NCBI GenBank assembly: GCA_000091205.1
Contig: AP006485.2
Direction: 5' to 3' (one strand)
From: Cyanidioschyzon merolae
Lineage: Eukaryota
Length of the DNA stretch: 64,000 nt
This document shows, one piece after another, positions 33,761 through 44,552 of this stretch. Numbering within the stretch: the first letter of the stretch is position 1; every line of letters starts with the position of its first letter. The notes under the pieces were generated by a model. The model ran no database searches. It was not told the DNA's origin and was given only the letters and a program-made list of their open reading frames with translations. A program made the translations under genes and the position numbers.

Positions 33761-35891
33761 GAGATACCCATGTTCTCGAGCTCTGTTGAAACTCGAATTG
33801 CGCTTGCCTCTGAGAATGGCGAACCAGCGACGAGCCCGTAAAAATCAAAGTAAAACAAATCAAAGGATAAACAGGGATAACAAACACAGCAGGGAAAGCG
33901 CTGAGGAAGAGGAAACGCTCAACTGTACCTGCCAGCGTCCGTACGTAGACGGAGAGCTGGTCGTCTGCTGCGACGCCTGCACGGAGTGGTTCCATCCGAC
34001 TTGTGTCGCTCTTTCGCACGAGGAAGCTGAAGCGTTACCGGTGTTCGTGTGTCCAGGGTGTTTGGAGGAAGCGGCTGCTGCCACAGCATCTGCAGAGAAA
34101 CGCAAGCTTGCGAACAAGTTTCGCGAAGCACACCTGCGCTACGTGCAGCAGAAGCGTCAACGTCGGTACGAGCACCGGCAATCCGTTGAGGCAGCAGCTG
34201 CTGCTGCTCTGCAAACGCACCAGAGCAGCTCGAGCAGTAGTAGCGGACTTGCAGAGGACCCGCTCGTCTCCAGATGTGGGGTCTCAGTACCGCCCGAGCG
34301 CGTTGTTTCGGAGACAGCGTCGGCTCCGAAGAAGCGCCGCCGTCCGAGCGCAAACGAAGCATCTCCTGCTTCTGAGCCGGGGCCGGCTCCCGAGCAGGAG
34401 TCGACGCCCGTATCCCCGAAGAAGAAGCGGGTGAGCGGGGATGGAAAACCTGTAGAGCCCATACGGCAAAAGGCACGCCAAATGCTGTATGAAGCGCTAC
34501 GTTCCCCAGTTGCCTATGAAATAGAATCGGCCTTATTTGAGCTCATGGATCACAAGGTTCACGATGACTACCGTGCTCGTTTACGGAACCTCGTGGCCAA
34601 CCTGCGCGACCAGCGAAACGACGAACTTCGCGAAGCCGTGATCAGTGGCTCGATATCTCCGTCCACACTATGCCAGATGAACTCAGAGGAGCTGGCTTGC
34701 AAGGAGCTTCGCATCAAGCGCCAAGAACAGCTAACACGTGCAGAAAAGCTCCGCGTCATTGAGAGCGCTGAACAAGTTGGTCTCATTTTCAAAGAGGTTC
34801 CGCCAGCGAATGCACGTGATTCAGATGACCCCGAAACGATTCACGCTCTTGATGCAAACATAGATACTCGAGAAAATTCGAGTGAAGCGCCCAAAGTGCT
34901 ACCATCCGCGGAAACTGCAGAGCAAGGCAGCGCGACCCGGACATTGTCTCCCGATGCGCCGCTTTCACCTGCACAGAACGACATGATCGCGCACGCCAAG
35001 GATACCACTGAACCGCTGAGCGCTGCCGATTGCCCCTCTACACAGACCGACACGACCACTGTTCACGAAACAACGTCAGCAACGACTTTGCAGGCGGAGC
35101 AGACGCATCTCCCGCCGCGACTCCCCGCAGATTTGGAACCCGTTCGATGCTTTCAGGAGAACGCTTTTACGGTCTACGAGGCGGAGCCGCTGGAAGCTGC
35201 ACACACACCGGACGACACGTCGACGCCCGAATCTGATCCATACATGCCCGTAACCCAGCCAGCACCATCATATGCAAAGCTCGAAAGCGAAACGCCTGCA
35301 TTGCCGTCATCCTTGCAGGTCTTCCAGTGGCACGGCAAGATCGCCACCGGTGCTGCCCCAGCATTTAAACCTGTTCTTTACGTGGGTCGAAACTATCCTG
35401 CGTCCATGAGCGAGCTCACCCGGCTCGCAGAGCTTCTGGGTGGCCACACCGTGCAACTCAACGAGATGGCACGAATACGTCAGCGAGACGCACTTGCCTT
35501 CATTCGCGACGTTCGGGAGCGTTCCAGCTCCCGGCGGTTGCTTTTGTTTCACGTTGGCTTGAATGCGATGGATACCGATGCCGCGGCTCGTTGCCTCAAA
35601 GCCGTGAACGAATTTCGGAAGCGAGATCGTGCTTCCTTGTTGATGCGAAATGATGTGCTGGAGTTGTACTTGTTGCCAGTCACGGACGACACCGCAGCCT
35701 ATGTAGACGAGGTCTGCAATCCGGACGGAGCGCTTCTCGCTTGTGTCGTTCGTCGAGACGCGCTCGAGGCACCGCTGCGCTCCGGAATGAATGTCGACGC
35801 GGGAGGCGCCTCAGCAGAGGTCGCTCAACCGCCGGGCTTTGACATCAGTCTCGCTTTGCAGATCCTCAGTCGACAATATCGCCCTTCATAA
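33621..35891 (+). CDS. PHD-finger plus TFIIS central (TFIIS-M) domain protein (Bye1/PHF3-like); first ~45 codons are repeat-derived, alternative start near 33826 (MANQRRAR...)
   Basis: PHD finger 'CTCQRPYVDGELVVCCDACTEWFHPTCV...CPGC'. TFIIS-M-like 'ARQMLYEALRSPVAYEIESALFELMDHKVHDDYRARLRNLVANLRDQRNDELREAVISGSISPSTLCQMNSEELACKELR'. Acidic and S/T-rich low-complexity C-terminal half. Confidence 0.6.
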   Translation: MDEEGLMDTSPCTGKEKKRKSASSENAGLSKRFVNEREKSLGAPPCTRYPCSRALLKLELRLPLRMANQRRARKNQSKTNQRINRDNKHSRESAEEEETLNCTCQRPYVDGELVVCCDACTEWFHPTCVALSHEEAEALPVFVCPGCLEEAAAATASAEKRKLANKFREAHLRYVQQKRQRRYEHRQSVEAAAAAALQTHQSSSSSSSGLAEDPLVSRCGVSVPPERVVSETASAPKKRRRPSANEASPASEPGPAPEQESTPVSPKKKRVSGDGKPVEPIRQKARQMLYEALRSPVAYEIESALFELMDHKVHDDYRARLRNLVANLRDQRNDELREAVISGSISPSTLCQMNSEELACKELRIKRQEQLTRAEKLRVIESAEQVGLIFKEVPPANARDSDDPETIHALDANIDTRENSSEAPKVLPSAETAEQGSATRTLSPDAPLSPAQNDMIAHAKDTTEPLSAADCPSTQTDTTTVHETTSATTLQAEQTHLPPRLPADLEPVRCFQENAFTVYEAEPLEAAHTPDDTSTPESDPYMPVTQPAPSYAKLESETPALPSSLQVFQWHGKIATGAAPAFKPVLYVGRNYPASMSELTRLAELLGGHTVQLNEMARIRQRDALAFIRDVRERSSSRRLLLFHVGLNAMDTDAAARCLKAVNEFRKRDRASLLMRNDVLELYLLPVTDDTAAYVDEVCNPDGALLACVVRRDALEAPLRSGMNVDAGGASAEVAQPPGFDISLALQILSRQYRPS

Positions 35892-36113
35892 TGCCGAAAG
35901 CCGGTGCGTTCGAGTCAAATAGCGACCTAGTCAAGAAGCGACTTGGACAGCATCCGCTGGGAGACCAGGTGCCCGGGTGAAGCGCACAGCGGCGTACGAC
36001 GCCAGCAGCTGTGCGCAGAACGCTCCAAAAGCCATGAACTGGTGATCGATCGCGCGCTGCACTGAACAACGATGATGAGGATGAGGATGAGAATGAGAGG
36101 CATCGAGCATTTG

Positions 36114-39100
36114 TCAACAGAACCCGGATTCGGTACATACGACATTGCACGCCCGAAGTAACGCGAGCACTTGGGACAGTTGCTTTTCTGCGGGGAGTTT
36201 TCCTGTGCCGCGCAGTAGGATTTGCGTTCCCTGGATACTCGATCGACAGGAGATATGTTCGATGTTCAGAGCTGAGAGCGCTCGCGACCTTGTACTCATC
36301 TGCCTCAGCTCGTCCAGAATCTGCTTCCAGATGTGGACTGGTGCTGGACTCTGTAGGACGGTGTCCGATCCTTCGGAGCTAATCCGCAAAACGCCCAGCT
36401 GCCGCGCATACAACCTTGTCTTCATCATTAATACAAGGTGTTGAAGAGGTTTGGGCATGGGCCGTCCGCGCAAAACGTCGGCAAATTCTTCATCAAGCTC
36501 AGATTCACTGCCCACGGAAGTGAGGTCACGGTAGACCTGGGCCCTCTGTTGCGAGTCCGGAATGAGATAACGCGGTATAGCTGGTGAGAGTCCCTGCAGC
36601 GCAAATTCGCAGACACACATGTACTCTCGAAGGGATGGCGATGGCGCCGACGAGTCGGCGAACGTCCTCTCCCTCTTCTGTTTGTACTGCAGATGCTTGA
36701 TCGCTTCTCGTAACATTTTCGTGAAGAGCTCTGGCCCCAGATTCCATTGTGTTCCAGACTGGCTTGCTCCGAGCAAGTCGCCTGCTCCGCGAATCTCCAG
36801 GTCTCTTTGGGCGATCCGCAGTCCGACAGAACGCGGGTTGCGCTTTTGTGCGGATCGCTCTTGCGTAAGTTCCCGCAAAGCCTGCAACCGCATCTGTGCG
36901 TCCTGGTTGTCCTCGATCACCCTCGAATCAAATAAGTAGAGGCAGTATGCCTGGAGATTAGCGCAGCGACCTACACGTCCTCGCAGCTGGTACAGCTGGG
37001 CGAGGCCGAACTTGTGCGCGCTCTCCACGATCATCGTTCCAGCCGATGGAATGTCGATGCCGTTCTCGACAATCGTTGTCGACAAAAGTATTCTACCACG
37101 ACCAGAAGCGAACGAAACCATGACATCTTCCAAGCGACTCGTTCGACTGTGCCCGACCAGGATCGGGTAGTGTACCACCTCCAGTTTCTTGGACGCGAGC
37201 GATGCCTTGATGCGCTCGTAGGCGGCTGGAATGTCCGCGATGCGCGGCACGACGTAAAAGACTTGACCTCCTCGTCTCAATTCATGAGCGATTGCCTTGG
37301 CTACTAGCAATTCGCTCTCCGGACCTTGCGCAAGAATGAACGTGCGGACTGGTAAGCGAGACGCCGGTGCTCGATGAATCATGCTAACATCCCGGATGCC
37401 GGAAAGCGCCATGTAGAGTGTCCGCGGAATGGGTGTTGCACTCAGAGTCAGCACATCAACGGCAATATCGTCGGCATAAAACGACCTCGTTTGATCGAGA
37501 ATTTTGATCTTTTCCTTGTGCGTTACGCCGAATCGCTGCTCTTCATCGATGACGAGCAGCAGGCCATCGCGAGCAATCCGCGGAGCATTGCCCGATGCAG
37601 GGGTCAGTGTTGGTGACCCACTCCGACTCCGAGCGGCCGCAGCTGCAGTTGCGTCTGCCGCTGTCTGCGCATCGTTCACATGCCGTCGGCGCAAATGGAA
37701 GCGCACGCGCTCATTGAGCAGGGCATGCGTCCCCACCAGAATATCTATCTTGCCTGAAGCAACGTCTTCAAGCACTTGGCGTGCCTCCCTTGTGGAGACA
37801 TCGCGATACAGGGCCCCAATACGCACGTATTCGGGCATACGTCGCCGCAGCGTCCGCAGGTGCTGGGCGGCGAGCGTTGTGGTTGGTGCCAAGACTGCTA
37901 CCTGCCGGTTGTTCAAGATTGCTAAAAATATCGCACGCATCGCGACCTCGGTCTTGCCCACACCCACATCTCCACAAATCAAGCGGTCCATCGGCAGATC
38001 CCTCTCACAAAGATCGGAGAAAACGTCAGCAACGCACCTTTGCTGATCCTCTGTGAGACCGCCCGCCCTGTTGTACTCGAAAGCGCTATCAAAATCTACG
38101 TATAACGGATCTTTCGGATCAAATCGATAACGCGGACGCTTCACCGACTTTCGAAGCGCCTCAATTTGCAGGATATCTATTGCTGCCTTTTGGACGGCCT
38201 TGAAGGCACGGTTCCGTCGCTGCTCCCAGTTACGCGTCCGGCTGATGGCGTCTAGCCGAGGTTTGCCGCCAAGCGCTCGTTTTTTCACTCTCGAGGCTTT
38301 GCCTGAGCCTGGCTTTCGACCCCGCACCGACCTTGATGTCTCTACCTCTTCGTATGGCAGTTCACTATCTTCATCAGTGTCCTCGTCGACGTCCAAAACA
38401 CCGGACTGAAGCCGAGACAACAGTTCTACTTGGTCCACGGGTACGCGAAGGATCCCGTCGGCGTACTGCAACACAATGAACTCCTGCAACTCCGTGGCGT
38501 TTCCTGTGCTGTTATTGAGAATTCGTCTTCGTAAGAACTCCAAACCGAGATACTTCCCCACGCCGTACGTGTTGTGCACAACGTAGTCATTCGGAAATAT
38601 GTCTCCGAGCGGGACTGCTCGAAGCTTTCCTTCCTCAGGGTCGCTTTCCTCTGGTTGACTCGGATGAATCGAGGGTACCACCAACGCCGACTGAACGCTC
38701 AAGCGCTTCCATAGTGCCGGCGAGCCTGTCCGTGAAAACGCTCCCCGACACAGGCGATGCACAAAGCCTCTTCGTATTGAGACGTGCCTCGTATGCCAAG
38801 CACCTACCACCGTTGCTTTGGGGCATGATACCTGCTTTCGCGAAGCTAAAGCACAGTAGAGCCACATTTCATAGCCTCCTCCGCTCGGCCACTCAATAGC
38901 CTGGAAAGGAGAAGCAGCTTGCGTTCCTTTCCAAGGCGCTCCAGTAGCACGCGTTCGAGGTCGAGTACCGGAGCGCTGCGATCGCCCAGCGCCGACGTCG
39001 GTACCAGGGCACCGCCACCGCTGGTGATCTGCGTACTGGGCATTGCGCACGAGTTGCAGCACAATGTGTATCTCTCCCTGAGTGTATGTGTGTGTGTGTT

Positions 39101-39122
39101 TGAGTTTGAGTATCGACTGCAA
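36114..39122 (-). CDS. mfd: Bacterial-type transcription-repair coupling factor Mfd (TRCF) homologue lacking the UvrB-homology N-terminal module, with R/S-rich N-terminal extension (likely organelle-targeted)
   Basis: 1002-aa ORF. RNAP-interaction (CarD/TRCF) motif 'NDYVVHNTYGVGKYLGLE'. Walker A 'CGDVGVGKTEVAMRAIFLA...VAVLAPTTTLAAQH'. Helicase C-terminal 'TTIVENGIDIPSAGTMIVESAHKFGLAQLYQLRGRVGRC'. C-terminal D7-like region. Confidence 0.85.
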   Translation of the reverse strand: MQSILKLKHTHTYTQGEIHIVLQLVRNAQYADHQRWRCPGTDVGAGRSQRSGTRPRTRATGAPWKGTQAASPFQAIEWPSGGGYEMWLYCALASRKQVSCPKATVVGAWHTRHVSIRRGFVHRLCRGAFSRTGSPALWKRLSVQSALVVPSIHPSQPEESDPEEGKLRAVPLGDIFPNDYVVHNTYGVGKYLGLEFLRRRILNNSTGNATELQEFIVLQYADGILRVPVDQVELLSRLQSGVLDVDEDTDEDSELPYEEVETSRSVRGRKPGSGKASRVKKRALGGKPRLDAISRTRNWEQRRNRAFKAVQKAAIDILQIEALRKSVKRPRYRFDPKDPLYVDFDSAFEYNRAGGLTEDQQRCVADVFSDLCERDLPMDRLICGDVGVGKTEVAMRAIFLAILNNRQVAVLAPTTTLAAQHLRTLRRRMPEYVRIGALYRDVSTREARQVLEDVASGKIDILVGTHALLNERVRFHLRRRHVNDAQTAADATAAAAARSRSGSPTLTPASGNAPRIARDGLLLVIDEEQRFGVTHKEKIKILDQTRSFYADDIAVDVLTLSATPIPRTLYMALSGIRDVSMIHRAPASRLPVRTFILAQGPESELLVAKAIAHELRRGGQVFYVVPRIADIPAAYERIKASLASKKLEVVHYPILVGHSRTSRLEDVMVSFASGRGRILLSTTIVENGIDIPSAGTMIVESAHKFGLAQLYQLRGRVGRCANLQAYCLYLFDSRVIEDNQDAQMRLQALRELTQERSAQKRNPRSVGLRIAQRDLEIRGAGDLLGASQSGTQWNLGPELFTKMLREAIKHLQYKQKRERTFADSSAPSPSLREYMCVCEFALQGLSPAIPRYLIPDSQQRAQVYRDLTSVGSESELDEEFADVLRGRPMPKPLQHLVLMMKTRLYARQLGVLRISSEGSDTVLQSPAPVHIWKQILDELRQMSTRSRALSALNIEHISCRSSIQGTQILLRGTGKLPAEKQLSQVLALLRACNVVCTESGFC

Positions 39123-39275
39123 AGCACGCGCTGCGACGCTACCCTACACCCGTGTCAGGTGAAAGGAGCATACTAAAGTGCTCGGTGTTCCTGGATATCG
39201 ATTTTGTCTGAAAGCTTTTTGGTTTGTGGAATATGTATTCTACCATTGTAACAGGAAGGGCATGAGGTTTCATAT

Positions 39276-40484
39276 GTAATTAAGGGATTCTCGGCCGTCT
39301 TTTCTGACATGCTTGTTCGACGCTCTGCCGTCGAAACGCAGGGAGGCTCGGGAGCCAAGACGATTTGCAACGAAATCGAGCTAGGGCTGGTAAAACAAGC
39401 GTTAGCACGATTTAATGCATACATACAAGCCTTTTGCATGTGCGTACCCTTCCGTGCAGCACGCTCGATTCACGCATGCTTCCAGTTTTCGACCGCTCTG
39501 TTTCAGGGCTGCTCGTGCGCGCACCAATACCTACTGCGTATGCGGCTCGGCGAAGTGCTCAACGCCATCTCTTGACGGGCTGTTCGCAAACTCGTGCCGA
39601 ACACTCACCGGACCTGTCATCTTCAGATGATCATCGATTTCGTTCGATAGACAAACTCGCACCTCGTACCCGCCATCGACGAGGCGTCATTCCGCAGCAG
39701 CTGCATATCCCGCACGGAATATGCTCACAGAAGCGCTCCCGTCTCTTCGGGTGCATCGAAGGGCGTCACGGAGTCGGACGTTGGTCGTCGCTGCGATGGA
39801 TTTCATAGGAGAGCGCGTACACGCTTTTCAGTGGGAAGGCGTCGGGCGGTCGAAGTCCTGCGACTTGTCCTCCAGCCAGGGGACTCGCTCCGGTGTATTT
39901 TGCATCGCGGATAGCATTGCATTCCAGAAACCCTCGATCGATTGGAACGTCGTTCGCCTGCGTGTCCAGCGCGCAGAGTACTCGCTGAGCGGACAGCGCA
40001 GAAGACGCCCCTAGTCGCAGGGTACGCCAACAGGCGCTGAAACGTGTGATGGCATGCGAGGGAAGCTTTCCTCGCCCGTCGAGTGCATATACCTATGCGA
40101 TGAAGCGTACCCTCCGGAGCCTCAGGGCGGTTCTCCGCGGAGGAGGTTTGGTCGACATATAGGACAACGCAACCAGGCACCAGTCGCATATCTGGAAGAA
40201 GGTGCGTCGACGCAGTGTACAACGAACGTGAGAGTGGAAAGCGATGCGTAGGACACAACCAGCGCCTGCACATGAAATGCGTCGCTCTTTGCTGCAATCG
40301 GTGAACTCGTGGCTTGAATGGTGCCAGCACCACCGTTGGACGGCTTCCAAGAGAGCTGGAGGAAAAACATGAACCATTGTATGTAAAGCCGAAGATAAGA
40401 GAGAGAGAGACAGAGTAGGGAAGCAGTCGCAGAGGAAGCCAGCAAAGGCTGGTGTCGTTGACAATTGGAAGAGACCCAAACTTT
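39276..40484 (+). repeat. 1,209-bp direct repeat, copy 1 (~99.5% identical to 48089-49297)
   Basis: Base-for-base alignment with copy 2 at a constant offset of 8,813 bp; only a handful of mismatches. Boundaries are defined by abrupt loss of identity ('catat|gtaatt...aaacttt|agaacg'). The ORFs on it (39309-39575, 39434-39808, 39803-40591) are duplicated verbatim and have no recognisable domains. Confidence 0.9.
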
Positions 40485-41766
40485 AGAACGTGCGCCCCAG
40501 TCAGGTATGCGGATCCGTTCCGTTCTATTCCCCCGTGGGTGTAGCAGGGAGGCCGTAGGAGTTCTGGTTGTTTAAAAATATTTTGATGCAAGCCGTGTGT
40601 CGCCGAGAGTTTATCCGTACTTGTTCCGTCATATGCATGCGTACCGCGGCATAGATTTCATGCGGACGTCCACAGTGCTTGCAAGTTCATGCTTCCTACT
40701 CTGGGTGTGAAACGAACCACACAACGGTACCACGGATGGCAAACGTTCTCGGAATCACCCACCCACTGAGCGGGCATCGGGTTTCAGGACGCGAGTCCAC
40801 GATTCCACACCGACTTGCGGCTCAGTCGAAGGGGCGCAACAAATACCTCGGAGGTTTTTACGGATGCATAGGATCCCCAGACTGATACAGCGACTCCATG
40901 GTACGGCCGTCTCACGTCACAAAATTGTGGAGCGGAAAACAGTCTATTGAAAGCATCAGCTTCGAAACTTGAGTTGCTGTATCCATCTGATGGCTGAAGC
41001 TATCTTGGTAATCCTTCAGCAAGCACGACAACTCTGCGATATCTCCTATGCGCTCATAGCGTTAAACAAGGCGTTGTGCATTCGAGCGGTGTTAGGTCCC
41101 CTGTCAAGGAGCCCTGTGCAGAGTACCGCGGACGCACCACACAAAGGATACTGGCAAGCCGCAGAGGACGCTACGAGCGGGCAGCGTTTAAGGCGCGAGT
41201 CGCCCGCTCACGGACGCTCGAGGCACACTTCCCGAACCGGATACGGCTGCTAGCGAAGTATCGCTCCGTCGAAGTACTATGTCGTACTGCTGCACGCTCG
41301 TTCAGTTTCTCCTTTACCAGTCTTTGGTGCCTCGGAAATCGGATCGCCTGCCTAGCGTGCCGTTTATTGTCTGATCGGGTGGCGGTCGTCGACGACTACG
41401 CCCTACTGGAAACTACGGTTGCGGCATCTGTTGTTGTGGTTGTCGACGTAGTCGTCGTCGCTCACGCTGCTCATTACCGTGGATTACTGCAGTGCACTCT
41501 GCTGCATTGCACTGCAGATCGAGCCGCTGCTGCGCGACGTAGTGCATACCAGGAGGCACGAGGCCGTCGGCGTGCGCACGAACACGAGGCTGTGCACAGC
41601 ATAACTGTTTACGTAGGGCGTTGGTGCCAGGAGCGTTGTCTCGTCCAGGTGGTGAGCGGCTGTTCGCGACACTAGGTCGAACTGGTGAAGGTCTTCTTCA
41701 TGGGCGCATACCTGGTCTCGAACCGCCCCTCTCAAGCGTGACCTTATCGCGCCTGCGACATAAGTC

Positions 41767-43506
41767 ATGAAAACCGAAGTTGTTGCTTCATGGCCGCTGT
41801 ATCTGATCAACACAAATATCGACGAATTTCTCGAAGAAGGCAGCGACACTTCACAAAACCTTGTCGAGCCTTTTCAGATCGGTAGACAGCTGCGTCACAT
41901 AGAAAGCCTGGAACCTAATGAGAGCTACACAGAAGACCTACTTCTAGAATTCGACTTTTTGCAAGGTGGCAACGCAACCGTTGCGAGTCAACTTTTTCCG
42001 TTGAAAGCGAAAGACTCAAGCATCGCAGGTGTGCGCTGGAAGGTTTCGCAGCAAGAGCTAGAAATATGGCACCGTCCACGAACTGCGCACTACGCCCACC
42101 CTGCACTAGACTCGCTTCGATACCCCGCCGCACCAGCACAGTTGACAGCTCAAGCGGAGCGCCCACTTGCAACCTCTCCACTGGCAGGTGATGCAGCAAA
42201 ACGCGTGCACCGACCGGAAGGCGATCACAGCACTAGCAGGCACCAACCCAGTCCGCTGTCTGATGCAGCAGCGAGTTCCAGCGCCCCACGAATCCACTAT
42301 TTAGCGGCCAAGCGTGAGCGTGGCGAGTACAACACCGTTCTGCTGCGAAGAGTTGTCATACCGGGCCAAGGAACTGCTTTTGTTTTGGTGCCCGTGCACG
42401 CTGTCTTGCATATGCTTCCTTCCGGTCTGGTTGATCCCTCGACATCTGGGAGCTTGCAGGGAGGTGAGCCCCTAAGTGATCACCGCGATGTACCGGTCGA
42501 AGTAGATATCGTCTTCCGAAGGAGCGAGCAGAGCAAGACGACCAACGCTAGCGACCTTCTGACGTCACAGCGACGTTTACTCGCAGGCGCAGATCCGTGG
42601 GTGCTCGTGCGTTACGAATCGACAGCAAATGAAGTGAATATTGAAGGAATAAGGCCCGAGCAACTGGATGCTCTCTCTAATGCACCACAAGCGCGTTTCC
42701 TACAGCGGGCTGAGCTCCGAGATCGCTTTGCACCAACAGCAGCGCAGCGCTGTTTCGTGTCGGAGAAATACCAGATTGATTCCGAGACTCTCGGACGGGG
42801 CATTGTGCTGGCAATGGATCGATGGACTGGTGGTCTTGAGCATCTGGGCCCGTCATCACCTCAACTTCGAAAAGCGGATCGATTGCACGCCATCAGCGAT
42901 TACATAGTGAAGCTGCTCCGTCACGCTCAAGTTGTACCGTTTGAACGCCTGTATTCAGTTGTGAATGCGCGCTTCCCTTGCGAAGAGACTGAGCTTGTCG
43001 ACATTTTAGCAGATCAGACGTTTCTTGTCCGTGGCGCTCTCGTGCTAGATAGCGAAATTTTCTTCAATGCTCCCGCAGAAGGATCCCAGTCTTTTCGGCA
43101 ATTGTCTGCGACCAGTGAGCGCGACGAGCTGGTGATGGTGAGAAATCTCGTGCTCGCTCTCTTTGATGAAGCACAGCCCGATGGCACCGTAACTTTGATG
43201 GAGCTTGCCATGCTCAGAGGTCGTACTACGCCAAAACGACTAGCTCGGATTATGAACGGCCTCGCTCGGACAGGTGCCCGTGGTGCGTTCCAATTCCTAG
43301 TCAAGAGATGCAACGACTTGGGCGAAAAATTTCCCGACACAGCCAGCAGGCTATCCGCGCGACTTCGAGGAGCTGCAGAGTTGGCTCGAGCGCGAATCTT
43401 TCTCGGTAATAACTGCAGTAGGACCCATATCCGGACCCAGGCAAAAGCTACCATGACCGCTGGCGATAGAGAGAGGCGCCCGGGTGCAAAGCGACGCCGC
43501 ACTTGA
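41767..43506 (+). CDS. Hypothetical protein (579 aa), possibly with multiple winged-helix-like domains
   Basis: Long ORF with eukaryote-like codon usage and no diagnostic motif recognised. Lies between the two 1.2-kb direct repeats. Confidence 0.3.
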   Translation: MKTEVVASWPLYLINTNIDEFLEEGSDTSQNLVEPFQIGRQLRHIESLEPNESYTEDLLLEFDFLQGGNATVASQLFPLKAKDSSIAGVRWKVSQQELEIWHRPRTAHYAHPALDSLRYPAAPAQLTAQAERPLATSPLAGDAAKRVHRPEGDHSTSRHQPSPLSDAAASSSAPRIHYLAAKRERGEYNTVLLRRVVIPGQGTAFVLVPVHAVLHMLPSGLVDPSTSGSLQGGEPLSDHRDVPVEVDIVFRRSEQSKTTNASDLLTSQRRLLAGADPWVLVRYESTANEVNIEGIRPEQLDALSNAPQARFLQRAELRDRFAPTAAQRCFVSEKYQIDSETLGRGIVLAMDRWTGGLEHLGPSSPQLRKADRLHAISDYIVKLLRHAQVVPFERLYSVVNARFPCEETELVDILADQTFLVRGALVLDSEIFFNAPAEGSQSFRQLSATSERDELVMVRNLVLALFDEAQPDGTVTLMELAMLRGRTTPKRLARIMNGLARTGARGAFQFLVKRCNDLGEKFPDTASRLSARLRGAAELARARIFLGNNCSRTHIRTQAKATMTAGDRERRPGAKRRRT

Positions 43507-44552
43507 GGATATCTTCACGTCAATATTTTCTCAGATGGATCAAACTGAACCTGGGCGGGCTCTTGGGAGGAAAGTTTCACAAGGATCCCCCACGAACGAT
43601 GTTTCGATTTCTTTTCTTGACGGATTCTGTTTCGCGGGGGGCTTGACGACGCTGATTTCGATACCGCAAAGCCCCGGGTCGCGAAAAGGACGCGCGAACG
43701 TCACACGCGTCGCACCGCCCCTGTTTTGTGACCGCAGTTGGACAGAGCGCCGGGAGTTGAAAGAAAAAGCCTTGTGTTCACATTGTGTGCATATCGGCGG
43801 CCGCGGGCAGGTTTCAATGCTTCGAAAGGCTGTTCACATTCCCTGCGCGCTTCTTTGAAGTTCACTGCGCCCTTTCGAAACGGACTCAGTTTGGCGATGA
43901 ACATACAGGAGACATCGCGAGAAACACTGGTTTTGATACGCACTCGGAGGTACAGGATTTCTTTTGCCGATGCGGCCCGTATTAGCAGCCTTTCGAAGCT
44001 GCCCGCATGGATATTCGTACATATCCATTCGCTTGCTGCAAAAAGTGAAGCAGAATCGTACATAGCTTTAGGTTAAAAACCGTCACGCTTCCCGGGAGTG
44101 ATAAGATGTATTTGGTGTCATTTCCATGAACCTACCGCATCACCACCTTGTCTAGAAGCATACGTGGTCACATTATGGAAGCAATTCTCACTGCTCCAGT
44201 GAAACCGTTTCTCCTCGGTGAGCGCATCAATGAGGTTACCCCGTTGATCACGAACTGGACAACATCTCGTCCAAATTCGGGGATGAACCCTGCGATGTAC
44301 GGTGCACTCCGTCGACTTGTGCATAAGTGCAACCAGGGGCGGCATCGCATATTCTCCGTCACCACAGTTTCAGAAAAATGTCTCGGGAATGCATATTCCA
44401 AGTCCAGCGCTTCAGCTGGTTCAATCTGCACCAACATGATGAGATACCCCAGCGCGCACATTGCACATCAAAGTCGCAAAACAAGCCACCGTGTCCAGGC
44501 AAAATGGACAGCCATAGAGGCCCAGCATCGTCCAGAGCTCTGCCTCTGTTTC

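Noticed and set aside
36114-39122. Prokaryotic origin of the window (because of Mfd, TrpD, PGM/PMM)
   Set aside because: Neighbouring genes are strictly eukaryotic (eIF3k, APC2, 26S proteasome Rpt6, RPA70, AAMP, EME1, an intron-containing tRNA). The bacterial-type genes carry N-terminal extensions consistent with nuclear-encoded organelle proteins.
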